DNA of 64,000 nt. Origin: Verrucomicrobiia bacterium (GTDB lineage: Bacteria > Verrucomicrobiota > Verrucomicrobiia > Palsa-1439). The DNA lies in the NCBI GenBank assembly GCA_037441425.1, contig JBBISF010000004.1, forward strand, positions 10,215 to 74,214, in the 5' to 3' direction. Of this stretch, positions 1 through 9,536 are shown piece after piece; position 1 is the first letter of the stretch; each line of letters opens with the position of its first letter. The notes under the pieces are model-generated. The model made no database searches. It was not told the DNA's origin and saw only the letters and a program-made list of their open reading frames with translations. The position numbers were made by a program, and so were the translations under genes.

Positions 1-2
1 GC

Positions 3-353
3 ACCCAATGGGAGCCGACCGGTTTCCCCGACAAGTCCACCGCGGTGCCTTCCTCCCAGGACAAGCGGATGAATCTCTGCGCGTCGTTGCAGATTTATTT
101 CACCAACGTACCGGCGCAAGAGGTCGCGGCGCTCGGCGTGACGGCGGCCAACGCCCAGGCCCGGTTCGACGCGATCTCGGGTGCCCGGGATGCGGAGGCG
201 CTGAAAGATGAGGATCAGACCACCAGGAAGCAGGCGCGCCCTACCTTTGCTTCGTTCTCGGTGGTGAACTTCTTCCGGTTCGGCTGCGGCGCGCTGGGGC
301 TCGTGCTACGTAGCGGCCGACTTCGCAGAGTAGCAAGGCTCGCCCTCCAGTGA
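3..353 (+). CDS. C-terminal fragment of an unidentified protein entering from the left window edge (frame open from nt 3, stop at 351-353)
   Basis: Frame +3 has no stop from the edge to 353. It ends in a hydrophobic segment (FASFSVVNFFRFGCGALGLVL). No recognisable family. Confidence 0.2.
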   Translation, partial: TQWEPTGFPDKSTAVPSSQDKRMNLCASLQIYFTNVPAQEVAALGVTAANAQARFDAISGARDAEALKDEDQTTRKQARPTFASFSVVNFFRFGCGALGLVLRSGRLRRVARLALQ

Positions 354-367
354 CCACCTCCTGCCGG

Positions 368-1816
368 TCAATACGTCTTGCGCAGGTTGCTGGGGAGGAT
401 GTTCAGTTCGTTGCGGTACTTGGCCACGGTGCGGCGGGCGATGGGGATGCCGCGTTCTTTGAGGATGGCCACGATCTCCTGATCGGACATTGGCCGGGTG
501 GGGTCTTCGCGTTCGATGAGTTTGGCGATGGATTCTTTGACGCTGGTGTTGGACATCGCACCGCCGCCGGCGGTCTCGAAGCCGGGGGTGAAGAAGTATT
601 TCATCTCGAACAACCCCTGGGGCGTCTGCATGTATTTGTTGGCCACGGCGCGGCTGACGGTCGTTTCGTGGACGCCCACCACTTCCGCCACTTGGGCCAT
701 CGTCAGCGGTTTGAGATGGGCGATGCCTTTGTCGAGGAATTCGCGTTGCCGTTCGACGATGACTTTGGCGATGTTATGAATGGTTTGCTGGCGCTGGTGG
801 ATGCATTTGATGAGGAACTTGCCGGCGCGCACTTTGTCGCGGATGTAGTCGCGCGCGTCGGTGGCTTTGATCGGGTCCGCCATCAGTTCTTTGTAGGTGT
901 TGCTGATGCGGAGATGGGGAATCTGTTCGTCGTTGAGCAGGACGACGTACTCGCCGTTGACGCGCTGGATGACCACGTCGGCGGAAACGTATTGCTGTTG
1001 TTCGCTGCTGAACATCCGGCCCGGTTTGGGTTCGAGCGTGGAGACGAAATTGGCGAGGGCTTGAACTTCCGGGAGGCTGAGGTTGAGCACCCGGGCGATT
1101 TCGGGGTAGCGTTTCCGGCCGAGGTCTTCGAGGTGTTGGTTGACGAGAACGGATTCGACGGATTCCGCCTTGCCCAGCCGGTCGAGCTGGAGCAGCAGAC
1201 ATTCTTTGAGGTCGCGGGCACCGACGCCGACCGGGTGGAACGTCTGCACGACTTCGAGGACGTGCTGGAGTTTGTCCAGTGGCAACCCGGAACTGACCGC
1301 CATTTCCTCCAAAGGCGTGAGCAGATAGCCGTCGTCATTGATGCTGCCGATGATCAACTCGGCGATCTTGCGTTCGTCTTCCGGCAGGTTGGCGAAGGCG
1401 AGTTGTTCAAGCAGATGTTGCTGGAGGGATTTCTCGACGGTGATGGAATCGAAGAAATGCTGGCGTTGTTCCTCCTGATCGGGTGAGCGGCCGCGAAAGG
1501 AATTCGTTTGCGAGAAATACTCGCGCCATTCTTCGTCGAGTTTGGACAGGACCTCGAATTCCTGTTTGAAATCCGCTTCGTCCTTGCGATCCGCCTTCGC
1601 GGCGACCGGCTCGTCGCTGTCACCTTCGACTTCGACCTGCGGTTCATCCTTGGCGGATTCCTCGAGCAGGGGGTTCTGTTGGAGTTCTTCCCGGACCAGT
1701 GATTGCAGCTCCAAGGTGGAGACTTGCAGGAGATGCAGACTCTGCTGCAGTTGCGGCGCGAGAATCTGCTGCAACGATAGTTTCTGTACCTGATGTAATC
1801 CCGGTCCTTGTGCCAT
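368..1816 (-). CDS. rpoN: RNA polymerase sigma-54 factor
   Basis: 482 aa. N-terminal Gln/Leu-rich activator-interaction region (LAPQLQQSLHLLQVSTLELQ). C-terminal RpoN box ARRTVAKYR. Confidence 0.9.
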   Translation of the reverse strand: MAQGPGLHQVQKLSLQQILAPQLQQSLHLLQVSTLELQSLVREELQQNPLLEESAKDEPQVEVEGDSDEPVAAKADRKDEADFKQEFEVLSKLDEEWREYFSQTNSFRGRSPDQEEQRQHFFDSITVEKSLQQHLLEQLAFANLPEDERKIAELIIGSINDDGYLLTPLEEMAVSSGLPLDKLQHVLEVVQTFHPVGVGARDLKECLLLQLDRLGKAESVESVLVNQHLEDLGRKRYPEIARVLNLSLPEVQALANFVSTLEPKPGRMFSSEQQQYVSADVVIQRVNGEYVVLLNDEQIPHLRISNTYKELMADPIKATDARDYIRDKVRAGKFLIKCIHQRQQTIHNIAKVIVERQREFLDKGIAHLKPLTMAQVAEVVGVHETTVSRAVANKYMQTPQGLFEMKYFFTPGFETAGGGAMSNTSVKESIAKLIEREDPTRPMSDQEIVAILKERGIPIARRTVAKYRNELNILPSNLRKTY

Positions 1817-1876
1817 CGGCGGCCACTATAGCCGCAGTTGTGAACGAGATAAAGTGAAATCCTGTCCAACCTGCCG

Positions 1877-2761
1877 GTGAAGGTCTCGCGCCGAACATTT
1901 TTGCGGACGGCCGGCTGGGCCGGCTTGGGTTTGACGGCCGGCGGCCTCGTCGATGCGATGGTGATCGAGCCACACCGGCTGCAACTCAGTCGCCATAAAC
2001 TGTCGATTCCCGGTTTGCCGCGGGCGTGGGACGGTCTGCGCATCGTGCAACTCACCGACCTGCATTGCAGCCGGTTTGTCTCGCCCCAATTCATCGCCCA
2101 CGCCATCGAACTGGCCAACGCCTGCGCGCCGGACCTCGTGTTGTTTACCGGCGACTACATCACCTACAACAACCATTTCGGCCCGCCGGGCTGGCGGGTC
2201 ATCGGCAGTCGCGACGTGGTGGCGAAGTTTATGCGACAATGCGCCGCGGCGATGCGGAAGATTCGCGCCCGGTACGGCGTGTGGGCCAGCTTGGGGAATC
2301 ATGATGTTTGGTTCGATCCCGTCGTCGTGACACGGGAAATCGAAGCGGTCGGCATCCCGGTGGTGCGCAACGCCAACCAGTCCGTGCGCATCAACGGCGA
2401 AACCCTTCCGATTGTCGGCCTCGGCGATTTATGGACGGACGGCGTCTATCCCCATATTGCCTTTGCCGAGGTGGACGCGCCGTTTGCCATCGTCCTGATG
2501 CACAACCCGGACACGTTCGCGCATTGGTCGCGACCGGGCGCGCATCTGATTCTGGCCGGCCACACCCACGGCGGGCAGGTCAATTTGCCGCTCATCGGCC
2601 CGCCGATTGTGCCTTCGCAATACGGGGCGAAGTACGCGCAGGGGTTGTTCAAGCGCGGGGCGACCCAGATGTACGTGAATCGCGGCGTGGGCATGATCTT
2701 CCCGCCAGTCCGCTTCGACTGTCCGCCGGAAGTCGCGGTGTTCGAACTCCAATCTGCTTGA
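1877..2761 (+). CDS. Secreted (twin-arginine signal) calcineurin-like metallophosphoesterase
   Basis: GTG start. SRRTFLRTAGWAGLG is a TAT motif. Phosphoesterase motifs present: DLH, GDYITYNN, GNHDVW, GHTHGGQ. Confidence 0.7.
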   Translation: MKVSRRTFLRTAGWAGLGLTAGGLVDAMVIEPHRLQLSRHKLSIPGLPRAWDGLRIVQLTDLHCSRFVSPQFIAHAIELANACAPDLVLFTGDYITYNNHFGPPGWRVIGSRDVVAKFMRQCAAAMRKIRARYGVWASLGNHDVWFDPVVVTREIEAVGIPVVRNANQSVRINGETLPIVGLGDLWTDGVYPHIAFAEVDAPFAIVLMHNPDTFAHWSRPGAHLILAGHTHGGQVNLPLIGPPIVPSQYGAKYAQGLFKRGATQMYVNRGVGMIFPPVRFDCPPEVAVFELQSA

Positions 2762-2792
2762 GTCCGGTCGTCCTCGGAGTAAAATCCGCCGC

Positions 2793-3593
2793 GTGGGGGT
2801 ACAGGTCACCATTTTGGGGAGTGGCAGTGCCGGGAACTGCACGCTGATCGAATCCGATACCACGCGGCTGCTCGTGGATGCCGGGTTGAGTGCCCGGCAA
2901 ATCACCCAACGGTTGGCCGCCTGTGGCCGGAACGTTGAGCAGGTGGACGCCGTGCTGCTGACGCACGAACACCGCGATCACACCCGGGCGCTGGGCGTGT
3001 TGTGCAAGACCCGCACGCTTCCGGTCTACGCCAACCGGCTGACCGCCGAAGTCATCGCCGACGATCCGGACTGGAATGGGCGCGTGCACGTCTCGTGGCG
3101 GTTGTTCAATACCGGCACGCCGTTCGAGGTCGGCGATTTCGCGGTGGAATCGTTCAGCGTCCCGCACGACGCCTGCGATCCGGTGGGCTACGTTGTGCAC
3201 CATGCCGGTAGCGGCATGGCGGTGGGTGTGTTGACCGATCTTGGCCACGCCACCAAGTTGGTGACCGAACGGGTGCGCGCGACCGACCTGCTTGTGGTCG
3301 AAGCCAATCACGATTTGAAGATGCTGCAGGAAGATGCCGCCCGGCCGTGGGCCACGAAGCAACGCATCATGAGCCGGCATGGGCACCTCAGCAACGACGC
3401 GGCGGCGACGTTGACTGGTGAGATCGTCAGTGACCGGTTGCGGCATGTGTTCCTCGCGCACCTCAGCCGCGATTGTAACCGGCCTGAATTGGCCCAGCGA
3501 GTCGTGGCGGAAAAGCTCGGCAAGCTCGGCGCGCGGCATGTCCGGGTCGGCGTGTCGAGTCAGGACGCGCCGACACAAACGGTCACGCTTTGA
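2793..3593 (+). CDS. MBL-fold metallo-hydrolase (YycJ/PhnP-like)
   Basis: HEHRDHTRALG metal-binding motif of metallo-beta-lactamase fold. 266 aa. Confidence 0.7.
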   Translation: MGVQVTILGSGSAGNCTLIESDTTRLLVDAGLSARQITQRLAACGRNVEQVDAVLLTHEHRDHTRALGVLCKTRTLPVYANRLTAEVIADDPDWNGRVHVSWRLFNTGTPFEVGDFAVESFSVPHDACDPVGYVVHHAGSGMAVGVLTDLGHATKLVTERVRATDLLVVEANHDLKMLQEDAARPWATKQRIMSRHGHLSNDAAATLTGEIVSDRLRHVFLAHLSRDCNRPELAQRVVAEKLGKLGARHVRVGVSSQDAPTQTVTL

Positions 3594-3598
3594 TTGCC

Positions 3599-4714
3599 AT
3601 GATCATCGGCGTCCCGAAAGAGATTAAGAACCACGAGTACCGGGTGGGGTTGTTGCCGGTGCATTGCGAAGCGTTGCGCGAGGCCGGCCACACGGTGCTG
3701 GTGGAACGGCACGCGGGAGAGGGAAGTGGCGCGACGGACGCGGATTACCGGGAAGTCGGGGCGCGGTTGGTGAATTCCGCTCGAGAAGCCTACCGGCGCG
3801 CGGGCATGATCGTGAAAGTCAAAGAGCCGCAACTCGCGGAAATGCGCTTGGTTCATGCCGGGCAGATTATCTTTACCTATTTTCATTTTGCGGCGGAGCG
3901 CGAGTTGTTTCAGGCCGTCGTGCGGTCGCGGATCATCGCCATCGCGTACGAGACGATTCAGTTGCCGGATGGGACGCTGCCGTTGTTGACGCCGATGAGC
4001 GAGATTGCCGGGCGGATGGCGGTGCATGAAGGCGCGAAGTATCTGGAAGAACCGATGAAGGGGCGCGGACTGTTGTTGGCCGGCGTGCCGGGCGTGGCGC
4101 CCGCGAAGGTGGTGGTGCTCGGCGGCGGCGTGGTCGGCGCGAACGCGGCGAAGATGGCAGCCGGGTTGGGCGCGGACGTGTCGATCTTGGATGTGAGCCT
4201 GCCCCGGTTGCGTTATCTCGACGACGTGATGCCGAAGAATGTGAAGACGTTGATGAGCAACGCGCACAACATCCGTGAGCAGGTTCGGCAGGCGGATTTG
4301 TTGATCGGGGCGGTGTTGCGGCCGGGCGCGCGCGCGCCGCGGTTGGTGACGCGGAAGTTGGTGGGGCAGATGAAGCGCGGGGCGGTGATCGTGGACGTGG
4401 CGATTGATCAGGGCGGTTGCATCGAGACGTCACGCCCGACGACGCATGGCGATCCGACGTACGTGGTCGGCGGCGTGGTGCATTATTGCGTGACCAACAT
4501 GCCGGGCGCGGTGGCGCGCACGTCCACGTTGGCGTTGACGAATGCGACGTTTCCGTACGCACTGGAGATTGCCAACAAAGGTTACCGGCGGGCGGCGCAA
4601 GAGAATGCGGCGCTGGCACGGGGGTTCAACATCGTGAACGGCCAGATCGTGTATCCTGACCTGGCCGTTCAATACGACACACCACTCACGCCTCTATCAC
4701 GCGCGATTCAGTAG
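3599..4714 (+). CDS. ald: Alanine dehydrogenase
   Basis: MIIGVPKEIKNHEYRVGLLP N-terminus and Rossmann GGGVVG motif. ~371 aa from the ATG at 3599 (ORF track begins at an upstream TTG, 3590). Confidence 0.85.
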   Translation: MIIGVPKEIKNHEYRVGLLPVHCEALREAGHTVLVERHAGEGSGATDADYREVGARLVNSAREAYRRAGMIVKVKEPQLAEMRLVHAGQIIFTYFHFAAERELFQAVVRSRIIAIAYETIQLPDGTLPLLTPMSEIAGRMAVHEGAKYLEEPMKGRGLLLAGVPGVAPAKVVVLGGGVVGANAAKMAAGLGADVSILDVSLPRLRYLDDVMPKNVKTLMSNAHNIREQVRQADLLIGAVLRPGARAPRLVTRKLVGQMKRGAVIVDVAIDQGGCIETSRPTTHGDPTYVVGGVVHYCVTNMPGAVARTSTLALTNATFPYALEIANKGYRRAAQENAALARGFNIVNGQIVYPDLAVQYDTPLTPLSRAIQ

Positions 4715-5025
4715 CAGTAAAACGATCCGCCGCTGTAGTAGTACACGCGCGGGGGAGAGTAATAGCGGACGGGTGGCGGATTGTAGTAATACGCCGGCGG
4801 CGGGGCATAGTACGAATAAGAGAAGGCGAACGACGGGAAATACCAACCCCAATCGCCGCCCCAGTAGTCGTGTCCGCGGTACCCGTGATCGCCGTGCTGA
4901 TAATATCCGCGGTAATAACCGCCCCTGAATCCATGTCCGTCACGCGCCATCGCCACGGGTGACACCATCAATCCGCCCACCGTCACGACCGCGGCAATCG
5001 TCAAAACCTTCAACATCCGTTTCAT
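4708..5025 (-). CDS. Small secreted Tyr/Gly/Pro-rich low-complexity protein
   Basis: Signal peptide MKRMLKVLTIAAVVTVGGLMVSPVAMA, then a ~75-aa segment dominated by Y, G, P, R and W (YYRGYY, YYAPPPAYYYNPPP). Convergently overlaps ald by 7 nt. Confidence 0.5.
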   Translation of the reverse strand: MKRMLKVLTIAAVVTVGGLMVSPVAMARDGHGFRGGYYRGYYQHGDHGYRGHDYWGGDWGWYFPSFAFSYSYYAPPPAYYYNPPPVRYYSPPRVYYYSGGSFYCY

Positions 5026-5100
5026 TGTATACCTCCGCTATCAATCCCTCTGACGAACCCGCCGGAAATCTATTCAAAACGCGCCCGAACGCAACCTGGG

Positions 5101-6000
5101 TCACGTATGCTGGTGATGATGGAGATGGTCGGGGCAGTATTCTTCGTCGCCCTTGCAGTCGGTGCAGACCCGGAAATCCAGCGTGGGATCGTCGTGATCG
5201 GTCTTGCCGCAGACGGCGCACCGGTGAAAGGCGGTGGCGGCGTCTTCTTTTTGTCGGTCTTTGACCGCGCCGTAGAACGCGCGGCGGCGCCGGCCTCGTT
5301 GAAGGCGTTCCCGGATGGAAAACTGGTATGTGCCCGAGGCTTCGAACGCGAGCATCTGTTGTTCGCGCGAGGCTTCCCAGAAGATAAACAACGCCATGAA
5401 AATCAGCATGTACTGGCTGTTCAGGGCCGCCCACACCAGAGCGATGCCGGCAATGATGCGGCTGATCCAGACGGAGACCACTGTCGCCGTCTCGGCGCGC
5501 AGAAAATGCCACAGCGCATCCCGCAGGATGCGTCCCCCGTCCATGGGGAACGCGGGGATCAGATTAAAGAGCAAGAGCCGCAGGTTCCACCGCGAGAGTG
5601 AAGAACAAACGTCGAACATCGGCCCGGGCACGCCCGCCAGATTGCCGAGTAGATGCGTGAGGCCGGAGAAGATCAACCACAACACCAGTGTGACGAATGG
5701 TCCGGCAACTGTCGTGATCAAATGCGCGGTGGGATTGAAAGCCGGTCGCACGAACGCCAGCCCGCCCAGCGGCCAGAGCAAAATATCCGTGGCTTCACCG
5801 TCGCACCACCGGGCCGCGAGGGCGTGGCCAAATTCATGCAGGAGGATGCTGCCGAAAAACAGGAAGACGAATACGAGGCCGATCAGGAAATTGGAATACG
5901 CGGACGCCTCCCAGTAGGCGAAAATGAAGAAGGTGAAGTGGAGTCGGACCCGAATGTCCCAGTACGTGCCCACCGGAACGCCCATGTTGAAGAAATCCAT
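5101..6000 (-). CDS. M50-family (site-2 protease-like) membrane metalloprotease with C-terminal Cys-rich zinc-ribbon
   Basis: HEFGHAL zinc motif inside a TM helix, several TM segments. C-terminal CAVCGK...CTDCKGDEEYCPDHLHHHQH. Confidence 0.7.
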   Translation of the reverse strand: MDFFNMGVPVGTYWDIRVRLHFTFFIFAYWEASAYSNFLIGLVFVFLFFGSILLHEFGHALAARWCDGEATDILLWPLGGLAFVRPAFNPTAHLITTVAGPFVTLVLWLIFSGLTHLLGNLAGVPGPMFDVCSSLSRWNLRLLLFNLIPAFPMDGGRILRDALWHFLRAETATVVSVWISRIIAGIALVWAALNSQYMLIFMALFIFWEASREQQMLAFEASGTYQFSIRERLQRGRRRRAFYGAVKDRQKEDAATAFHRCAVCGKTDHDDPTLDFRVCTDCKGDEEYCPDHLHHHQHT

Positions 6001-6016
6001 CGAACTGATCCGGGGA

Positions 6017-6841
6017 CTAGCGTTTGGTTTTGCCCATTGCTTGGAGGGCGCGGAGCGGGAGAGTGCGGAGTTCTTCCATCTTGGCGGCGGCCACTTGCAT
6101 GACGCGATGGAAGCGGGCGGGCGTCATCAGGTCGGGCCGGCGTTGGGCGCGGCGAATGAGCAGTTCCATGCGCCGGGAATAACTTTCCAGTTGCCGGGCC
6201 ACCTGCTGGGTGGTTTTGTGCAGCAGTTCCAGTTGCCGGAAGGCATACAATTCCGTGCCCAACCCTTGCAGAAGTTGGTCAATGTCCTCGATGAAATCCG
6301 CGATGGTCTCACGGTCGAACGTGAAGAATCCCAAGCTGCGCGGGTTGTTGGCGCGCCGCGCGCCGGGCAGTTCCCGGCTGATGAACATGACCGGCGGCCG
6401 CTCGTCCCGCAACGCGATCCGGTAGGACAACAGCGGCGTGCCGGCAATCCGATGAAACCGCACGCCCGGCGGGAGCTTGGACATTTGCGCGGGCGGTTCG
6501 GGGGCCAGCACGCGGATGCCGTCCAGGCGCTGGGCCAGCCGCTGGAGTCGGTGAAGCGCGGCGCGGAGTTCGCCGTTGAATGTATAGCTCATGGTCAGTT
6601 CGCCACCGGGCCGCAACGTGGCCAGTTCCGCGACGGCATCGGCGAAGGCGTGGCCGGTGATTTCGTCGAAGATATAAAACGTGTCCGGTTGCAGTTCGTT
6701 GATCTTCACCCACACCAAATGCCGGTGTTCGGAAGTGAAGGCCTCCTGCAACAAGCGCACCCCGGCGGGCAGGCGGCGTTGCACCTCCCGCAACAGAACC
6801 TGTTGAGCGCGCATCGGTTTGATTGGCTTGGCTGCCGCCAT
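6017..6841 (-). CDS. Hypothetical protein
   Basis: 274-aa ORF, codon usage consistent with neighbours, same strand and 17 nt upstream of the M50 protease. No family recognised. Confidence 0.4.
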   Translation of the reverse strand: MAAAKPIKPMRAQQVLLREVQRRLPAGVRLLQEAFTSEHRHLVWVKINELQPDTFYIFDEITGHAFADAVAELATLRPGGELTMSYTFNGELRAALHRLQRLAQRLDGIRVLAPEPPAQMSKLPPGVRFHRIAGTPLLSYRIALRDERPPVMFISRELPGARRANNPRSLGFFTFDRETIADFIEDIDQLLQGLGTELYAFRQLELLHKTTQQVARQLESYSRRMELLIRRAQRRPDLMTPARFHRVMQVAAAKMEELRTLPLRALQAMGKTKR

Positions 6842-6958
6842 GATTTTCTCGCCGGCAATCGTTATAGCGGATTTCCCCCGGCGACGAAAGAAATAGTTTT
6901 GGCAGGCCGCCCCACCACGCCCCCGCGCATCATGATTCCGCTGCTGCGGTTGAGTTCG

Positions 6959-7402
6959 TCAGTTGGCGACGCGCACGGTGATGCCGACTTTGCCGCCGGT
7001 AAACATCTCGGCAAACGTTGTGGCCACGGGCCGCGGCTCGGTGCTCTTGTCAAACGGGTCCGGATAGCTGGCTTCGATGACGAAGTCCTTGCCGTCGGCT
7101 TTGATCCGGGCGCTGGCGGCGTCTTGGGTGACGATGAGGACGATCTGGTTGACCTGCACCACATCGCGGGAACTGGTGACCAGACCCTGCGGGGAACGGG
7201 TGATGTTGACGAGCAGTCGCATCTGGGGAATGCCGCGCACGACGGTGAAACTGTCGAGGATCACTTGGAAGTTGTAGGTGGCATCGTCGGTGGGCAACGC
7301 CGGTGGCGTGATGACCAACTGCACGGGTGGCGTTTTCAGCACCGCCCCCGCGTGGGTGGCGACAACCAGCAGCAGCGCGACTGCAACGGTCAAACGTTTC
7401 AT
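6959..7402 (-). CDS. Secreted hypothetical protein
   Basis: N-terminal signal peptide MKRLTVAVALLLVVATHAGA. 147 aa. Confidence 0.5.
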   Translation of the reverse strand: MKRLTVAVALLLVVATHAGAVLKTPPVQLVITPPALPTDDATYNFQVILDSFTVVRGIPQMRLLVNITRSPQGLVTSSRDVVQVNQIVLIVTQDAASARIKADGKDFVIEASYPDPFDKSTEPRPVATTFAEMFTGGKVGITVRVAN

Positions 7403-7532
7403 GACATAGTTCCTTCGCGGTCACAGTTAAGGACAGTCGGCGCGATCTGTCAACGCCGTTGAAATCTTGACGCGGGTGGCGGCGGTTCCATTCAAAAATA
7501 TTCTCGCTGTCTCCCGCCGCATCCGGTAAGCG

Positions 7533-9410
7533 TTGGCGAATTTTATGAAGACCACCGCGCGCGCGTGGCGCATCCGCGCCGTCCAACTTGATCTCGCCCG
7601 GCAACGCGAGACGTTGCCAGCCATCCGGCAATTCATCCGGTTTGCCCAAGATTGGAACTACAACACGCTGGTGCTCTACCTCGAAGGCGTGGTGCGGACG
7701 AAAAGCTTCCCTTACCGGCCCGCGAACCAGAGCTACACGCCGGATGAGATGTGCCGCATTGTCGCGATGGCGGGTGAGGCCGGACTGGAAGTGGTACCGT
7801 GCGTTTCCACGTTGGGACATGTGGAACACTTCACCCAATGCCGGCAACTGCATCACCTGCGGGAAGACGCCCGCCAAGCAGCGCACATGTTTTGTCCGTC
7901 TAACCCGGGTGTGTACGAGTTTCTCGAATGTTACCTCGGCGAAATCGCGGCTTTGTTTCCCAGCCGGAACTTCCACATTGGTTGCGACGAAGTGTGGGGA
8001 CTCGGTACCTGTCCAGCTTGCCGACAACGCGGGCTGGCCCGGGAAGATTTCCTGCTCGCCCACATTCAGCGGGTTCGGACGATCATGCAAACGCTCGGTA
8101 AACGCGTCTGGATTTGGGATGACATGTTGGAAAACGCTCCCGAGTCGAAACTGGCCGAATTGCCGCGCGACGTGTTGCTGTGCGCCTGGAACTACGGCGC
8201 GGAACAGATGGATTACGACGGTGTCCAAGGTCACTTCAACAATCTTGATCGTCGCGATTGGCTGGCGTTGTATGAGAAGTTGGGATTCGACGTGTTGATC
8301 TGTCCCTGGGGCCGGGAAATCGAAAACGCACTGGCCTATACCGAGATCGCCCGGCAACGCCACGTTCTCGGCGGGTTGCTCACGAACTGGGAACTCTCGA
8401 CCGGATTCCTGCCTTCGCTCCTACCGGGCACGGCGTTGGCCGGTGCCTTATGGTCGCAACCGCAACGCGATCCTGAACAAGTCCTGACCGCGACCTTGCA
8501 GCGTTTATTCCCCAGTTTGGACGCAACCGCTCGGGAGGCCGTCCGCGCGAGTCTGATCGGAGGGCTTTGGTGGGGAACGGCGGTGACAAACTCCCTGTGC
8601 GGGCGTCTCACCATGGAAGAAGGCCGGCAACTCCAGAATCTGATTGTCGTTGAGAAACTTCTCGCCGCCCAGTTACATTGCCGCCTCACCGGTTTGGAGC
8701 GAGACATCCTGGAGCAGTTGCACACGCAGGTGCGCCTGCAACTGCTGGCGGGCCGGCAACGCGCCACGCTACCGCGGCTGATTGATCCGCGCCTTCGACA
8801 ATTCGACCGCCGGGCGGTGCGGCGTCGCGCCACGGCGTGCGTACAGGAATGGCACGCGCTCGCGCGGCAAGGCGCCCAAGATTGGCGGCGCTACCGGCCG
8901 GGGATCCACCCTGACCACGCCGCAGCGTATTATCGGCAACAGGCGCGGCAATTGCAGGACTTTTTGCGGTCGGGAAGACCGCAAGCGATGTTGCAGGTCC
9001 GGCTATTTCTGTGGGATGCGTACTCCGCGCCGCGGCTCAAGATCGAACTGCGGGCGGCTGGAAAATGGAGTGCGGTCTACTGCGGCTGTTTCAAGCCAGT
9101 CGATCTTTCCAGCAAGCAATACATCCTTCAGGTGCCGGTAAGGAGGATTGATCGCCGACCCGACCGTGTCCGCTTCACGGTGTCCGGGTTTGGCGGGCAA
9201 GGGATCAGTTTCGCCGCGGTGCATTTCGCCGATGGTTCGCTGGTGCCGGCCGCCGTTAAACGCCAATGCGGGCAGGTGGTCAACCCCCGGGCCGTGCTCA
9301 AGGACGACTCCACCGTTTGTTACCTCGGTTCGCCGGATACCGTCCGTACGCTCCGGGAACACGGTGAAAGTGGGGAATCGTTGGTGGAATTGGCGTTGGC
9401 GAAGGTGTAG
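7533..9410 (+). CDS. Glycoside hydrolase family 20-like (beta-N-acetylhexosaminidase-like catalytic domain) protein
   Basis: FHIGCDEVW resembles the GH20 H-x-G-G-D-E catalytic motif. RVWIWDDML resembles the GH20 W-x-D motif. 625 aa. Confidence 0.5.
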   Translation: MANFMKTTARAWRIRAVQLDLARQRETLPAIRQFIRFAQDWNYNTLVLYLEGVVRTKSFPYRPANQSYTPDEMCRIVAMAGEAGLEVVPCVSTLGHVEHFTQCRQLHHLREDARQAAHMFCPSNPGVYEFLECYLGEIAALFPSRNFHIGCDEVWGLGTCPACRQRGLAREDFLLAHIQRVRTIMQTLGKRVWIWDDMLENAPESKLAELPRDVLLCAWNYGAEQMDYDGVQGHFNNLDRRDWLALYEKLGFDVLICPWGREIENALAYTEIARQRHVLGGLLTNWELSTGFLPSLLPGTALAGALWSQPQRDPEQVLTATLQRLFPSLDATAREAVRASLIGGLWWGTAVTNSLCGRLTMEEGRQLQNLIVVEKLLAAQLHCRLTGLERDILEQLHTQVRLQLLAGRQRATLPRLIDPRLRQFDRRAVRRRATACVQEWHALARQGAQDWRRYRPGIHPDHAAAYYRQQARQLQDFLRSGRPQAMLQVRLFLWDAYSAPRLKIELRAAGKWSAVYCGCFKPVDLSSKQYILQVPVRRIDRRPDRVRFTVSGFGGQGISFAAVHFADGSLVPAAVKRQCGQVVNPRAVLKDDSTVCYLGSPDTVRTLREHGESGESLVELALAKV

Positions 9411-9467
9411 CGGGCCGTCAAAATTCAGGTTGAAATCGTGGGGGAGTTCCGGTAGAAGACTCCCGCA

Positions 9468-9510
9468 CGAGGGCCGGGGGAGGCGAGTTGCTGCCCTCGC
9501 TTTTTTCGTC
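9468..9510 (+). terminator. Putative intrinsic terminator after the GH20-like gene
   Basis: 7-bp GC stem CGAGGGC...GCCCTCG followed by CTTTTTTCG. Confidence 0.4.
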
Positions 9511-9536
9511 TTGTGGTCAAAACTTGAGAAAGGTAT

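Noticed and set aside
350-1486. 378-aa plus-strand ORF
   Set aside because: Antisense to rpoN.
7050-8363. 437-aa minus-strand ORF
   Set aside because: Antisense to the GH20-like gene, which has recognisable catalytic motifs. No motifs in the antisense product.
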